Virus record (IMG/VR): IMGVR_UViG_3300047476_002143
Coordinates: 455 to 64,454 of that record
DNA: 64,000 nt
Source: a virus
Lineage: Duplodnaviria; Caudoviricetes
Reading direction: 5' to 3' (one strand)
Numbering within the stretch: position 1 is the first letter of the stretch; every line of letters starts with the position of its first letter. The position numbers were made by a program, and so were the translations under genes. Below the pieces are notes generated by a model. The model worked only from the letters and a program-made list of their open reading frames with translations. It did no database searches and was not told the DNA's origin. This document shows, piece after piece, positions 1-8,842 of this stretch.

Positions 1-234
1 CTCGTTTAAATCGAACGAACCCTCTCTCAAGTACATTTCCAATGGTAACATAAAACCACCGATAGCGGTTCCCATAGTTAACAGAAATCTTACGTTCAAA
101 TTGAACTTTCTTTTTGATATCGTAACTATCTTATGAGTTAACGAATACATCATTTTCATGTAGTTTGTTAACTTAGAGTCATTTGCCTCTTTGATAATAA
201 TCTTTAATTGTTGTTCTGTCAGAATATAATTCAT
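1..234 (-). CDS. Partial hypothetical protein (MNYILTEQQLKIII...), runs off the window edge
   Basis: Open frame from ATG at 234 to the window start, with a TATTTAT motif just upstream on the minus strand. Confidence 0.65.
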   Translation of the reverse strand, partial: MNYILTEQQLKIIIKEANDSKLTNYMKMMYSLTHKIVTISKRKFNLNVRFLLTMGTAIGGFMLPLEMYLREGSFDLNE

Positions 235-269
235 ACACAATAAATACATTGTTAAATATATTTATTTAT

Positions 270-872
270 ATGTTGAACCCTGAATTAAAAATAGGTGACA
301 GAATAGTCTGTTTTGCAATGGAAGACGAGGTCTCAGTACCTCCTGGTACAAAAGGTACTGTTACGAAAGTACAAAGAGACCCTTTCGAAGAAGATGAAAA
401 AATTATTAGTGTAAAGTGGGATAATGGAAGCACTTTATCGTTATTATCTAGTGTGGATAAATGGAAGTTTGTAAAACAAAAGATTCAAGAACAGCCCAGT
501 AGAGAAGATGACCCTCATGCTCACTTTATGGGCACTAATAGGGAATTAAGAAGAGCCTTTGATTTGAATTATTTTTTAGAATATTTTAAATTGTTACAGA
601 AAAGCGGTATTACGAATATGTTTGGTTCTTCTCCTTTTGTTTATATGGACGCAGAACATCTGGAAAGATATTATGGTGAAGATAGAGAAGAGGATGAAAA
701 TTTTCAAAACCTACTCGAAATTCAAGACGAAGCAAGGAGTAAATTTCTAAGCGGATTAGTTGAATTTGCTCAGTTGAAAAATATTGATTTGAATGATGAT
801 TCTAGAATCAACTCTTTGGCCAGAAAATTGGGAATAAGCTTGCTACAATACTATATGATGTTTTACCGTTAA
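270..872 (+). CDS. DUF4314-like plus DUF5049-like hypothetical protein
   Basis: GDRI..M.D..VPPGTKGTV..V.WDNGS.L.L (DUF4314-like) and SGITNMF (DUF5049-like) motifs; ATG at 270 follows TATTTAT. Confidence 0.6.
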   Translation: MLNPELKIGDRIVCFAMEDEVSVPPGTKGTVTKVQRDPFEEDEKIISVKWDNGSTLSLLSSVDKWKFVKQKIQEQPSREDDPHAHFMGTNRELRRAFDLNYFLEYFKLLQKSGITNMFGSSPFVYMDAEHLERYYGEDREEDENFQNLLEIQDEARSKFLSGLVEFAQLKNIDLNDDSRINSLARKLGISLLQYYMMFYR

Positions 873-1594
873 TTACTAAGAGGTGCCTTAATCTTCGGGT
901 GTGATTGATAGTTAATCAACTCAAAACAATCAGGTCTATAACTTAGTATTTTTTCACTAAATCCTTTTTCGCCCAAATTTTCCTTAACCGCTTCGTGCAT
1001 ATACCAATTTCTTTCAGTAATTTTTACTTTAGGTAACTCATATGGAGTTCTAGTAATCTGCTCTTTCGCTTGTTCGATATGATTTGAATAAAGATGTACG
1101 TCACCTAAGTTGCCAATTAATTCATCAGGAACCATATTCACTTCTCTTGCAATAATTTCTAACAACAAACCATAGGATGCTATGTTAAACGGCAGACCAA
1201 GTAATGTATCTACACTTCGTTGATTCCACATTAGAGAGATTGCTCGTGTTGGAATATTTTGTTTATCCATTTCAACAGATATTTCCCCAATACTATTCCA
1301 AGGTCCATCGGTGTCGTTAAGTAATTTAACTCTTTCTTCCCAACTCAACTCTCTAGTATAAACTTGAAATCCATAATGACAAGGTGGAAGAACTTGATGT
1401 GGTAAATCAGATGCGTTCCACGCTGATATAAGCAATCTGCGACTATCAGGATTCTCTTTAAGTTGTTTAATCAACTCTGATATTTGGTCAATACCTTTGT
1501 TACCAAACTCGTTATTAAATTCTTTGTCTGTTTTTAATTTCCGTAGGAATTCTTCTTTTGAAAATGGAGTTCCGTCTTCGTGTGTATATTTCAT
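869..1594 (-). CDS. thyA: Thymidylate synthase, C-terminal (catalytic) fragment
   Basis: IDQI, PDSRRLLISAWN, LPPCH (catalytic Cys), QRSVD..LGLPFNIASY, GDVHLYSNH, C-terminal IKAPLSN. Confidence 0.95.
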   Translation of the reverse strand: MKYTHEDGTPFSKEEFLRKLKTDKEFNNEFGNKGIDQISELIKQLKENPDSRRLLISAWNASDLPHQVLPPCHYGFQVYTRELSWEERVKLLNDTDGPWNSIGEISVEMDKQNIPTRAISLMWNQRSVDTLLGLPFNIASYGLLLEIIAREVNMVPDELIGNLGDVHLYSNHIEQAKEQITRTPYELPKVKITERNWYMHEAVKENLGEKGFSEKILSYRPDCFELINYQSHPKIKAPLSN

Positions 1595-1598
1595 AACT

Positions 1599-2300
1599 TT
1601 AATTTATATAAAACCAATTTTTATATTTTTCCTTATGTTTTTGTGAACGACCTCTACCTTGTAATATCCATCTAATAGAGAATTCATTCATATTAAGAAA
1701 ATCCGCAGCCGCTTTCGCAGATTCAAACTCAACACCATCTATTGAACATCTTTTGTTTGATGATGCGGGCATCTTCCTACCTTCATATTTTTTAATTTTA
1801 TCGGTGTTCGCTTTGTTTGATATATTTGAACCATTAAACCTACCTTGTAACCATCCTTCTTCAATAATTTTAGGGTCATCAGGAAGTGCTCGTAAATTTC
1901 TACCATCAGGTTTATGATACCATTTAGTTCCTATTAAACTTTCTTTAATAGAATTTATTTGATTCTCAGATGGTTTGAATTTTTGCCATATCTCCAACAT
2001 TTGTCGTTTAGCATATTCATAAACTCTTGAGGATGGTTTATACCTCGTTTGGTTATCTGAACTACGACACATTGACCAAAACGCATATCTTAAATCAGTA
2101 TTATTTGGGTATATTTCGTGTAATAACCAATGAATTAAAAAATGCTCTCTAGCGGTTAATTCAACTAAATTATTTGGTTCATTGGTTCCGTTCATACATT
2201 TTGGTATAATGTGGTGTGTTTCAACATACCCTTCCAATTTCCTATTTTTTGCTCTGTTAATTATGCTGTCGTGTATTTTTTGATGATTCATATTTTCCAT
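1599..2300 (-). CDS. Free-standing HNH homing endonuclease (MobE/MobB-like)
   Basis: HHIIPK..G.....NLVELTAREHF..H.LL HNH signature, C-terminal DNA-binding repeat-like region, own TATTTATA motif at about 2312-2319. Confidence 0.88.
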   Translation of the reverse strand: MENMNHQKIHDSIINRAKNRKLEGYVETHHIIPKCMNGTNEPNNLVELTAREHFLIHWLLHEIYPNNTDLRYAFWSMCRSSDNQTRYKPSSRVYEYAKRQMLEIWQKFKPSENQINSIKESLIGTKWYHKPDGRNLRALPDDPKIIEEGWLQGRFNGSNISNKANTDKIKKYEGRKMPASSNKRCSIDGVEFESAKAAADFLNMNEFSIRWILQGRGRSQKHKEKYKNWFYIN

Positions 2301-2345
2301 TGTTTACTATATATAAATATGGTAATAAATGGAAAAAGATTAACA

Positions 2346-2891
2346 TTATTGAACTTTTTTCAAATAATCTTCATACAACTCATCATCGGATTTACCATTC
2401 CAGTTACGCCAGCCGTGACCATAGATTGGTCCTAACTCACCCCACTTCTTAGCAAACTCATCATCGGTTTTGATTTTGTTGATGAACTCTTCTTGTGTTA
2501 AGCGTTCATAAATTGGATAACCACTAGAATAGTCTGTTTTTCTTTTCCATACCATAGAACTTCTTAATGGGTCTGAGTCACTGCCAATAACTTCTTCTAA
2601 AGGTGTTATCTTACAATAGTTCTTATAAGCATCGCCATCCCAAATGTGACAATCGTAATCCAAAAGAAATTTGATATTAGTATCACCTCTTAGGAACCAT
2701 AACAACTCAGCCACCATAGTTTTCCATGCCATCTTCTTTGTAGTTAGTAATGGAAATCCCTCTTTCATATTGTGACGGATTTGCCAACCGAAGATTGATT
2801 TGGTTCCTGTACCTGTACGGTCTTTCTTATCTACACCAAAATGTAGGATATGTTCTAATAATTCTTTATATTGACGGTCTATGCTATTCAT
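2346..2891 (-). CDS. thyA: Thymidylate synthase, N-terminal fragment
   Basis: KKDRTGTGTKSIFG, FPLLTTKK, ELLWFLRGDTN, LGPIYG.GWR.W; ends in a TAA stop. Confidence 0.95.
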   Translation of the reverse strand: MNSIDRQYKELLEHILHFGVDKKDRTGTGTKSIFGWQIRHNMKEGFPLLTTKKMAWKTMVAELLWFLRGDTNIKFLLDYDCHIWDGDAYKNYCKITPLEEVIGSDSDPLRSSMVWKRKTDYSSGYPIYERLTQEEFINKIKTDDEFAKKWGELGPIYGHGWRNWNGKSDDELYEDYLKKVQ

Positions 2892-3100
2892 GATAATACA
2901 ATTATTTCACCTGAGTTATGTACAGGTATGTTATAAGTAAATTTATTGAGTTTTAAAACATCCTCAACAAGATTTCGCATCATTTCAGACCTACCTACAA
3001 TGATTCTTACAGGAAGTTTCTTAGAATTTAGAAAAACAAAATTTTCAACTTCTAATTGAACTTGATGATGAAAATATCCGTGTAGGTCTAATTCTTTCAT
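2888..3100 (-). CDS. Stand-alone Smr-domain-like protein
   Basis: LDLHG and IIVGRS motifs typical of Smr/MutS2 C-terminal domains. Confidence 0.7.
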   Translation of the reverse strand: MKELDLHGYFHHQVQLEVENFVFLNSKKLPVRIIVGRSEMMRNLVEDVLKLNKFTYNIPVHNSGEIIVLS

Positions 3101-3390
3101 TCTGTTTCGTCTGAAATTATATTACCTAATTCTTCAGCAGCCTTCGGATTTCTTTCCTCCAATATTCTGAAGGCAATATGAAATCTGTTAGTTTCTATTT
3201 CACAAGGATATAATTCGGCATACAAAGAATCTTTTTGGTTTTCTAAGATTCTAATCTTATCTTTTAATTTATTAATTTCAAGTTCATACCTTTTATCAAC
3301 TTTGTATCTTTCTGAGCCATTTTTAACTACAACCCAAATTGAAAAAAGTGTTAAGATTACAACTAAGAATCTTAAGGTTTTATCTGCCAT
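3097..3390 (-). CDS. Membrane-anchored coiled-coil hypothetical protein
   Basis: N-terminal hydrophobic helix; overlapping start/stop within an operon. Confidence 0.6.
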   Translation of the reverse strand: MADKTLRFLVVILTLFSIWVVVKNGSERYKVDKRYELEINKLKDKIRILENQKDSLYAELYPCEIETNRFHIAFRILEERNPKAAEELGNIISDETE

Positions 3391-3393
3391 AAA

Positions 3394-4167
3394 TTATTGT
3401 TTTTTTTTAAAAAAATTGTGAAACAAAGATAGTTCTTTTTTTTCATTTCGTAAACCAAAATAACTAGTCTTTCTACCATTCCAATTTTTTCCCATTTCAT
3501 TTATGGTTGAATTTTCAGAATCAAGATGAATTGCAATAATTTCAGGTATTAGTGCTCTATTTTTTCTTGACCATTTTTTTGCGAAAAGAACATCGGTTCT
3601 GTCTGCGGCTCCGTGTACTTCAGGATATTCATAAACTTTGGAAGTACCAGGGTGCCACATTTGAAAAAACCCAATTGGTTCATAACCCTCGGCCATATAT
3701 TCACCTATCCTAACACCCATCGGAAAAACAGTGGGGTGAATATAAACCCATCCTGTGTGAGTTTGTCTTGGTAAGGAAATGAACTCCATCCAGGATTCAA
3801 AATTTGGACACATCATTCTATCTATACCATATAGATTTCTTTCATCTAGGGAAATTCTCTCTAATATACCCCTTGTTAAGGGAGGTAGGTAGATATCAGC
3901 ATCTAAATGAATCACCCATCCTTTTTTTGAAAGTTTTTTCAATCCCGCATTAATCCCTTTGGCCTTATTGAATGGGTCTCCGTTTTTTGTAAATTCATCT
4001 GTGACAACGCACTCAACGTTGTAATACTCGCAAAGTTTCTGTGTTTGCTCATCTTCAGGTGATGTAACAACCACCAAATGATTGAACACCGTCTTATTAT
4101 ATGCTAAGGTATGAGACAAAAAATCACTGTAGTTTACGCAGACAATAACTCCTTCTAAAAACATCAT
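3394..4167 (-). CDS. Glycosyltransferase (GT-A / GT2-like)
   Basis: FNKAKGINAGL, WVIHLDADI (DxD), IGFFQM. Confidence 0.75.
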   Translation of the reverse strand: MMFLEGVIVCVNYSDFLSHTLAYNKTVFNHLVVVTSPEDEQTQKLCEYYNVECVVTDEFTKNGDPFNKAKGINAGLKKLSKKGWVIHLDADIYLPPLTRGILERISLDERNLYGIDRMMCPNFESWMEFISLPRQTHTGWVYIHPTVFPMGVRIGEYMAEGYEPIGFFQMWHPGTSKVYEYPEVHGAADRTDVLFAKKWSRKNRALIPEIIAIHLDSENSTINEMGKNWNGRKTSYFGLRNEKKELSLFHNFFKKKQ

Positions 4168-4221
4168 ATATTGGTTTTACTATAAGTATGATACCTAAAA
4201 TCTTCGAATATTAACTTATTG

Positions 4222-4470
4222 TCAATAAATTCCGGCTCTTTTCTCCCAATCTTCCATGTATAATGTTATGGCTTTATTCTGCCTGCAAGAATGTGCATGT
4301 TCGTGGAGTAACGATTGGAATGCATCCTTTAGTTGTGTAAATTCTCCTTCAGAAGATTTCCTACCTATTTCATACGATTCTTTCAATGCACTTAATATTG
4401 CATTTTCATCAAATAACGTTGTGTGGGTCTGATGTTTTTTTAAAATCTTGTTAAAATCTGGTTTGTTCAT
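4222..4470 (-). CDS. Hypothetical protein
   Basis: ORF in operon; ATG at 4470 overlaps the ligase stop. Confidence 0.6.
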   Translation of the reverse strand: MNKPDFNKILKKHQTHTTLFDENAILSALKESYEIGRKSSEGEFTQLKDAFQSLLHEHAHSCRQNKAITLYMEDWEKRAGIY

Positions 4471-5591
4471 ATTTCTTCTTTTTGCCAAAATGGTTTGGAA
4501 AATATAGGTTTATTAAGTTTCCAAATCAACTCGTCTGCTTTATTTCTTTTTCCGTCCCAAATAGCAAACATGATACCATGTAGCTTTGGGTCAACATACT
4601 TTTTCAGATGTTCTGCAAATTCTTTTTTTGTTGGTTCCGGGTCAACATCATTATATTTTCCATATCTGAAATAATCATGAGTTTTACCACAATATTCAGA
4701 TACAGAAAAATGGCCATATCTTAATGCACTTACTTGAGATTTAACCCACTTATCGAATTCATCAGGTACGATATCCACCAACTCAAGAACGTCTTTACCA
4801 TCCTTTAAATGTTCCCAAATATCATAAGTTGTTAATTGAGTTAGTATTTTATGTAGTCTAACATACTCTTCTCCCTTAACTTTCATTCTGAACCCGCTTT
4901 GGAATTTGATAACAAATCCTTCTTGATTTTGTGAAATTTTGGACTTCAGTTCGGAATAATCCCGAATTCCATCATATTTTTTGACAATTTTGAACCCGAG
5001 ATTTTCATATAGATTTTTAAATCTTATACCCTCTAAGTGGATGTTATTATCATGAATTCTGAGTTCATAACCGTCTTTATTGTCGATTACTGCAAGTAGT
5101 ATTAAATCTTCATAATCATATTCGCAGACAATTCTATTTTCAGGATATATAATTTCAAAAAGATATGTGAACCCCTTCAATAATCTATCATATCTATATT
5201 TTTTGAGAATTTGCATTCCCTTTATTGCTTGGTCAGATGAAAAAGAACCTTTGGTTGCCAATATCCATTCATCATTATAGTTGAATAATATACCTAAAGA
5301 ACCATCCATTTTTTCGAAGACCTCAAAAGGTTCATTCGGTATTTTAAATTGAGACTCATTTTTACCAACTAACTCTTCGTAGTTAAAAAACTTATCGAAG
5401 GATTTTGCAATAACAGTTCCTTCATTGTCTAATACCAACCCGCGTGTTTTTAATGTAATATCATCCCACTTACCTTCGTATTGTGTCTTACGAGAGTAAT
5501 TGTATATGGATATAGGTAAAGATGGGTGGTCATTTTTGACCACCCAACCCTCTTCGACATATTGGTTTAATATTTCAAGATTTAGTTTCAT
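4467..5591 (-). CDS. T4 Rnl1 (RnlA)-like RNA ligase
   Basis: RGLVLD, KFFNYEE, motif I EKMDGSLG, ATKGSF, EGFVI, KVKGEEY. Confidence 0.88.
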   Translation of the reverse strand: MKLNLEILNQYVEEGWVVKNDHPSLPISIYNYSRKTQYEGKWDDITLKTRGLVLDNEGTVIAKSFDKFFNYEELVGKNESQFKIPNEPFEVFEKMDGSLGILFNYNDEWILATKGSFSSDQAIKGMQILKKYRYDRLLKGFTYLFEIIYPENRIVCEYDYEDLILLAVIDNKDGYELRIHDNNIHLEGIRFKNLYENLGFKIVKKYDGIRDYSELKSKISQNQEGFVIKFQSGFRMKVKGEEYVRLHKILTQLTTYDIWEHLKDGKDVLELVDIVPDEFDKWVKSQVSALRYGHFSVSEYCGKTHDYFRYGKYNDVDPEPTKKEFAEHLKKYVDPKLHGIMFAIWDGKRNKADELIWKLNKPIFSKPFWQKEEI

Positions 5592-5818
5592 TACGCAATT
5601 TCTGAATTAAGAACCTCACCAGGTTCAAATGAGTCTATAGTATATTTTTTGAAGTAATCATCAGTCCAAGTAAGAGATTCTTTGGTGAACCAATCCTTCT
5701 TTGGGTAGTCTGTTTTTTCCAAATATTTGTTTAAGTTATCTATGGCCTGTTTTTCGGATTCTGCCACAGTGAAAAATTGTTCACCGTAATTATTCGGATT
5801 AAAATAATATAGTTTCAT
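5591..5818 (-). CDS. Hypothetical protein
   Basis: Tightly packed ORF in the minus-strand operon. Confidence 0.55.
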   Translation of the reverse strand: MKLYYFNPNNYGEQFFTVAESEKQAIDNLNKYLEKTDYPKKDWFTKESLTWTDDYFKKYTIDSFEPGEVLNSEIA

Positions 5819-6152
5819 TTTTATATTTTTTTTTCTTTGAACTTTTGTTAACTACAAAGTTAACCACCATCGACCCGATAAACGCACCTGTGGTTGTGGA
5901 TAATAGGTCACCAAAATTTCCAGACTTAGGAGAATTTTTGTGGTCAATAATTTCTTTTATTAGTCCAGCAGATAACCCGGTCACAGTACCAACTATCAAC
6001 CTCTCTTTGGAGGTTTTCCCAAAATAACTCGATGATAAAGACCCTATAAAGTATCCACAAGAAAAATGAGATATTGAACTATTATCGAATAATTTTTGTG
6101 ATTGAGAATTTAAAGATAAAAGTAAAAAACCAACTATAATTGGAATCCTCAT
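5799..6152 (-). CDS. Small membrane protein (YfiM/DUF2279-like)
   Basis: Signal peptide, HF..G, G..KE..D and GDL....G motifs. Confidence 0.5.
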   Translation of the reverse strand: MRIPIIVGFLLLSLNSQSQKLFDNSSISHFSCGYFIGSLSSSYFGKTSKERLIVGTVTGLSAGLIKEIIDHKNSPKSGNFGDLLSTTTGAFIGSMVVNFVVNKSSKKKKYKNETILF

Positions 6153-6153
6153 A

Positions 6154-6357
6154 CTATCGTTTAATTTCCATAACGGTATTTGCGATTGGAAGCCTGAGAA
6201 CTGGATATCTTTTATCTTCCATCATGTCTGTTTGACGTACCTCATAAAATCCTTCCATAACCGCAACGGTTGGAACGTCTTCATAAGTCTTAGTGTTTCC
6301 GCCCTCAAAAGTTACCTCAGCGGTTTTGGTTGTTGTGTTAAAAATCAATGTTTGCAT
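6154..6357 (-). CDS. Hypothetical protein
   Basis: ORF in operon. Confidence 0.55.
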   Translation of the reverse strand: MQTLIFNTTTKTAEVTFEGGNTKTYEDVPTVAVMEGFYEVRQTDMMEDKRYPVLRLPIANTVMEIKR

Positions 6358-6368
6358 ATTTGTTTGTT

Positions 6369-6605
6369 TTAAATTTCTTCATATCTAATTGTTGCATCAC
6401 CTGCAACATGGTCAAAGCTCCTCCATCTTGTATATCCTATGTGTTTCGGAAGTAAGTGGTGTTCTCTATGAGAGCAGACTTCACATTCTCTAACCACAAC
6501 TCTAACAAATTCACGACCATCAGGATGACCAGTGACTTTGTGTTTTTCTCTTTTGTATTTCCAAGAGTGTAATCCAATAATACAAAAAATTTTTCTAAAT
6601 TTCAT
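6369..6605 (-). CDS. Small Cys/His-containing protein (DUF1660-like)
   Basis: IFC..GLH.W and C..C pattern. Confidence 0.5.
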   Translation of the reverse strand: MKFRKIFCIIGLHSWKYKREKHKVTGHPDGREFVRVVVRECEVCSHREHHLLPKHIGYTRWRSFDHVAGDATIRYEEI

Positions 6606-6606
6606 A

Positions 6607-7020
6607 CTAAAGTTTTATTTCGAACCTGTTTTTCATTATCTCTAACTTGTCTTCAGGTACACCGTGTACATTTTTTCCACCGTGTCGATTTTCGACAATC
6701 AAAGATACAACTTTATATCCATATTTATCGGCTAAATCATAATAATCTTTCATTTCCCACTCTTGAGTGAAGGTATTGGAAACAGCAATCTCAGGGTAAT
6801 ATTGTTGGTTCAGTTGATGGTCTTGCATTCTTATTTCAACCTCGTTTTTACACCAAGCATGTGCTTCCCTGATTTTTGAGCCATCAAAATTATAGTTTCC
6901 TTCTTTATCGTAGAAAAACTTATCCGCCTCACAAACGGCATATTCATTCCAAATATTAGTTGCAAATGTAGATTTGCCTGAACCAGGAAGACCTCTTACC
7001 AAAAATAATATTCCACTCAT
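6607..7020 (-). CDS. P-loop kinase (AAA_33 / polynucleotide kinase-like)
   Basis: VRGLPGSGKST Walker A, EAD.FF, VSNTFTQ.WE, NVHGVP. Confidence 0.85.
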   Translation of the reverse strand: MSGILFLVRGLPGSGKSTFATNIWNEYAVCEADKFFYDKEGNYNFDGSKIREAHAWCKNEVEIRMQDHQLNQQYYPEIAVSNTFTQEWEMKDYYDLADKYGYKVVSLIVENRHGGKNVHGVPEDKLEIMKNRFEIKL

Positions 7021-7262
7021 TTGTAATAATTTTTAACTTTTTTTATGTTAATATCTACAAGGATTCCGTCATTAGTTAAACGACCATAATGAAATGAGCT
7101 ATCTTCTTTCACCATAACAACAACATCATAGCTCAATATCCTGCCGAATCCATTTCTATTATCTTCCAAAGTATCGACTATTACGTATTCATTAGAATTT
7201 AATACTGGCTCAACGCACCCTACAAATATAAGACAAACTACCCCAAATAAAAATTTTTTCAT
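7017..7262 (-). CDS. Putative lipoprotein
   Basis: MKK-hydrophobic-FVGC lipobox-like signal. Confidence 0.55.
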   Translation of the reverse strand: MKKFLFGVVCLIFVGCVEPVLNSNEYVIVDTLEDNRNGFGRILSYDVVVMVKEDSSFHYGRLTNDGILVDINIKKVKNYYK

Positions 7263-7263
7263 A

Positions 7264-7566
7264 TTAATATAAATCTTCTGAATATAATGTTTCTTTTAAT
7301 TCTTTGGTTTGTCCTGCGTCAAAAGCAATTCTACCACCCTCTTTTCTGCCAACAAATCGATTTCTATTAGTTAAAAAACCTTGTTCTTTTTCAAAGATAC
7401 CAAGTTTTTGTCTTTCAGAAACTAATCCTCCAATTTGTGGAAAAATACAACCATGCCTCCACCCACACAGAACCAATCCTGTGGTAATATTTTTTGGTTG
7501 AAGTCGGTATTCTTTGCCATCATCAAACCAAATTGCGGCACATAAAATATATTCTTTTTCCATCAC
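7264..7566 (-). CDS. Conserved phage hypothetical protein
   Basis: ILCAAIW, G.RH, QGFLTN.NRFV.R.E and LYSEDLY pattern common in phages. Confidence 0.65.
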   Translation of the reverse strand: MMEKEYILCAAIWFDDGKEYRLQPKNITTGLVLCGWRHGCIFPQIGGLVSERQKLGIFEKEQGFLTNRNRFVGRKEGGRIAFDAGQTKELKETLYSEDLY

Positions 7567-7757
7567 CAGCTTTCAATATCAGTTAAATCCAAAATATGTT
7601 TATTACCAAGTATCTCACCTTGAACGGTCACGACATCACCTATTCCGGTCGGATGAAAAGTATAGGTATAAGAACCATATTCTCCATAAATTTTATGAAT
7701 TGCTTCTTGCCATTCTTTTAGCTTTACCATTTGTTTTTCAGAAAGTTCGAATTTCAT
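7563..7757 (-). CDS. Hypothetical protein
   Basis: YTF.PTGIG...LDLTD..SW pattern; ORF in operon. Confidence 0.6.
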   Translation of the reverse strand: MKFELSEKQMVKLKEWQEAIHKIYGEYGSYTYTFHPTGIGDVVTVQGEILGNKHILDLTDIESW

Positions 7758-7765
7758 AAAAAATT

Positions 7766-8434
7766 TTATTGTGAGTTTAATAATCTTTCAACATGGTGGT
7801 CATTTGGCATTTCAGAAAGTTTTTCTCTATGTCTTAACATAGGTACTACTTCTCTGTAAACATCGTATGGCCTGAGCTCTGGGTGACCATCCATACCAAC
7901 ATCCATTCTCTGACCTTTACCGAACCTCATGTGAGTTGGTAAGTGACAGTGACCGTGTAGGTGCATTACACCCTTATTAAGACCATCCCAAGAACTTATG
8001 GGGTAGTGCATCAAACGGAACTTAAACTGTCCCATTTCGAGTGTATTATAGTGAGAAACGGACTTGAATAACCCTTGACTACCTTGTCTGTTATTCTCTA
8101 TGTGGTGGTCATGGTTTCCCAAAACCAAATGTATGTTCTTACACACCAACCTATCCCAAAACTCACGTATTTGCTCGAAACCACCGAAAGACCAGTCACC
8201 AAGATGTATCAATATGTCATCTTGACCAACAACTTGATTTATGTTGTTGACCATTCTTGTATTCATTTTTTCTACGGTTGCAAAATCACGAGTTTGTGAT
8301 ATGGGGACTTCACCTGACTCTGTTCTCCATGCGGTTGTTCCACGACATATATTCTTATGTGAAAAGTGTGTGTCAGAAGTTATCCACACATTTACTTCGG
8401 GTACGTTTTTGGTATCTACTGGTATCTTTATCAT
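7766..8434 (-). CDS. Calcineurin-like metallophosphoesterase
   Basis: SDTHFSH, HLGD, GNHD, HYP, HLHGHCH motifs; TATCTTTG promoter immediately upstream. Confidence 0.88.
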   Translation of the reverse strand: MIKIPVDTKNVPEVNVWITSDTHFSHKNICRGTTAWRTESGEVPISQTRDFATVEKMNTRMVNNINQVVGQDDILIHLGDWSFGGFEQIREFWDRLVCKNIHLVLGNHDHHIENNRQGSQGLFKSVSHYNTLEMGQFKFRLMHYPISSWDGLNKGVMHLHGHCHLPTHMRFGKGQRMDVGMDGHPELRPYDVYREVVPMLRHREKLSEMPNDHHVERLLNSQ

Positions 8435-8448
8435 GACACAAAGATAAT

Positions 8449-8706
8449 CTATTTAATTGTAACTGCAAAAACGGGATTTTGTTCTCCTGCGTGAAGACCC
8501 AAAATATTGTAGTCATAAAATTCTTCAGATTCCTCATAGGTCATACCATCTCTCTTTTGCAAAATTTCTAGAATCTTATCTTTTGAATATAATATTCTCG
8601 GGGAGTTTCCAAACTCCTCCACAATTCCGATGATTGCGTCATCAAGACCGTCCAAAATCACCGCACCTTCGCAGTATTCGCGTATATCGTATTCGTTGAT
8701 TGTCAT
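8449..8706 (-). CDS. Conserved phage hypothetical protein
   Basis: DG.DDAIIG...Y...EE..EF..YN..G...GE..P pattern. Confidence 0.65.
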   Translation of the reverse strand: MTINEYDIREYCEGAVILDGLDDAIIGIVEEFGNSPRILYSKDKILEILQKRDGMTYEESEEFYDYNILGLHAGEQNPVFAVTIK

Positions 8707-8842
8707 AAATAAAAAAACAAGTGAACCCAAAAATAAGATAAGTAAATTACCAAGATACTACCAAGAAATTTGAATTTCACTTGTTCAATACAACATTAGT
8801 TGTTTTATTTCATTACGTCAATATTTATTTAAAAACATTTAT

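Noticed and set aside
1595-2345. Group I intron or intein in thyA, as in T4 td
   Set aside because: Spacers around the HNH ORF are only 45 and 4 nt, no P/Q/R/S elements are visible, and in-frame stops rule out an intein.
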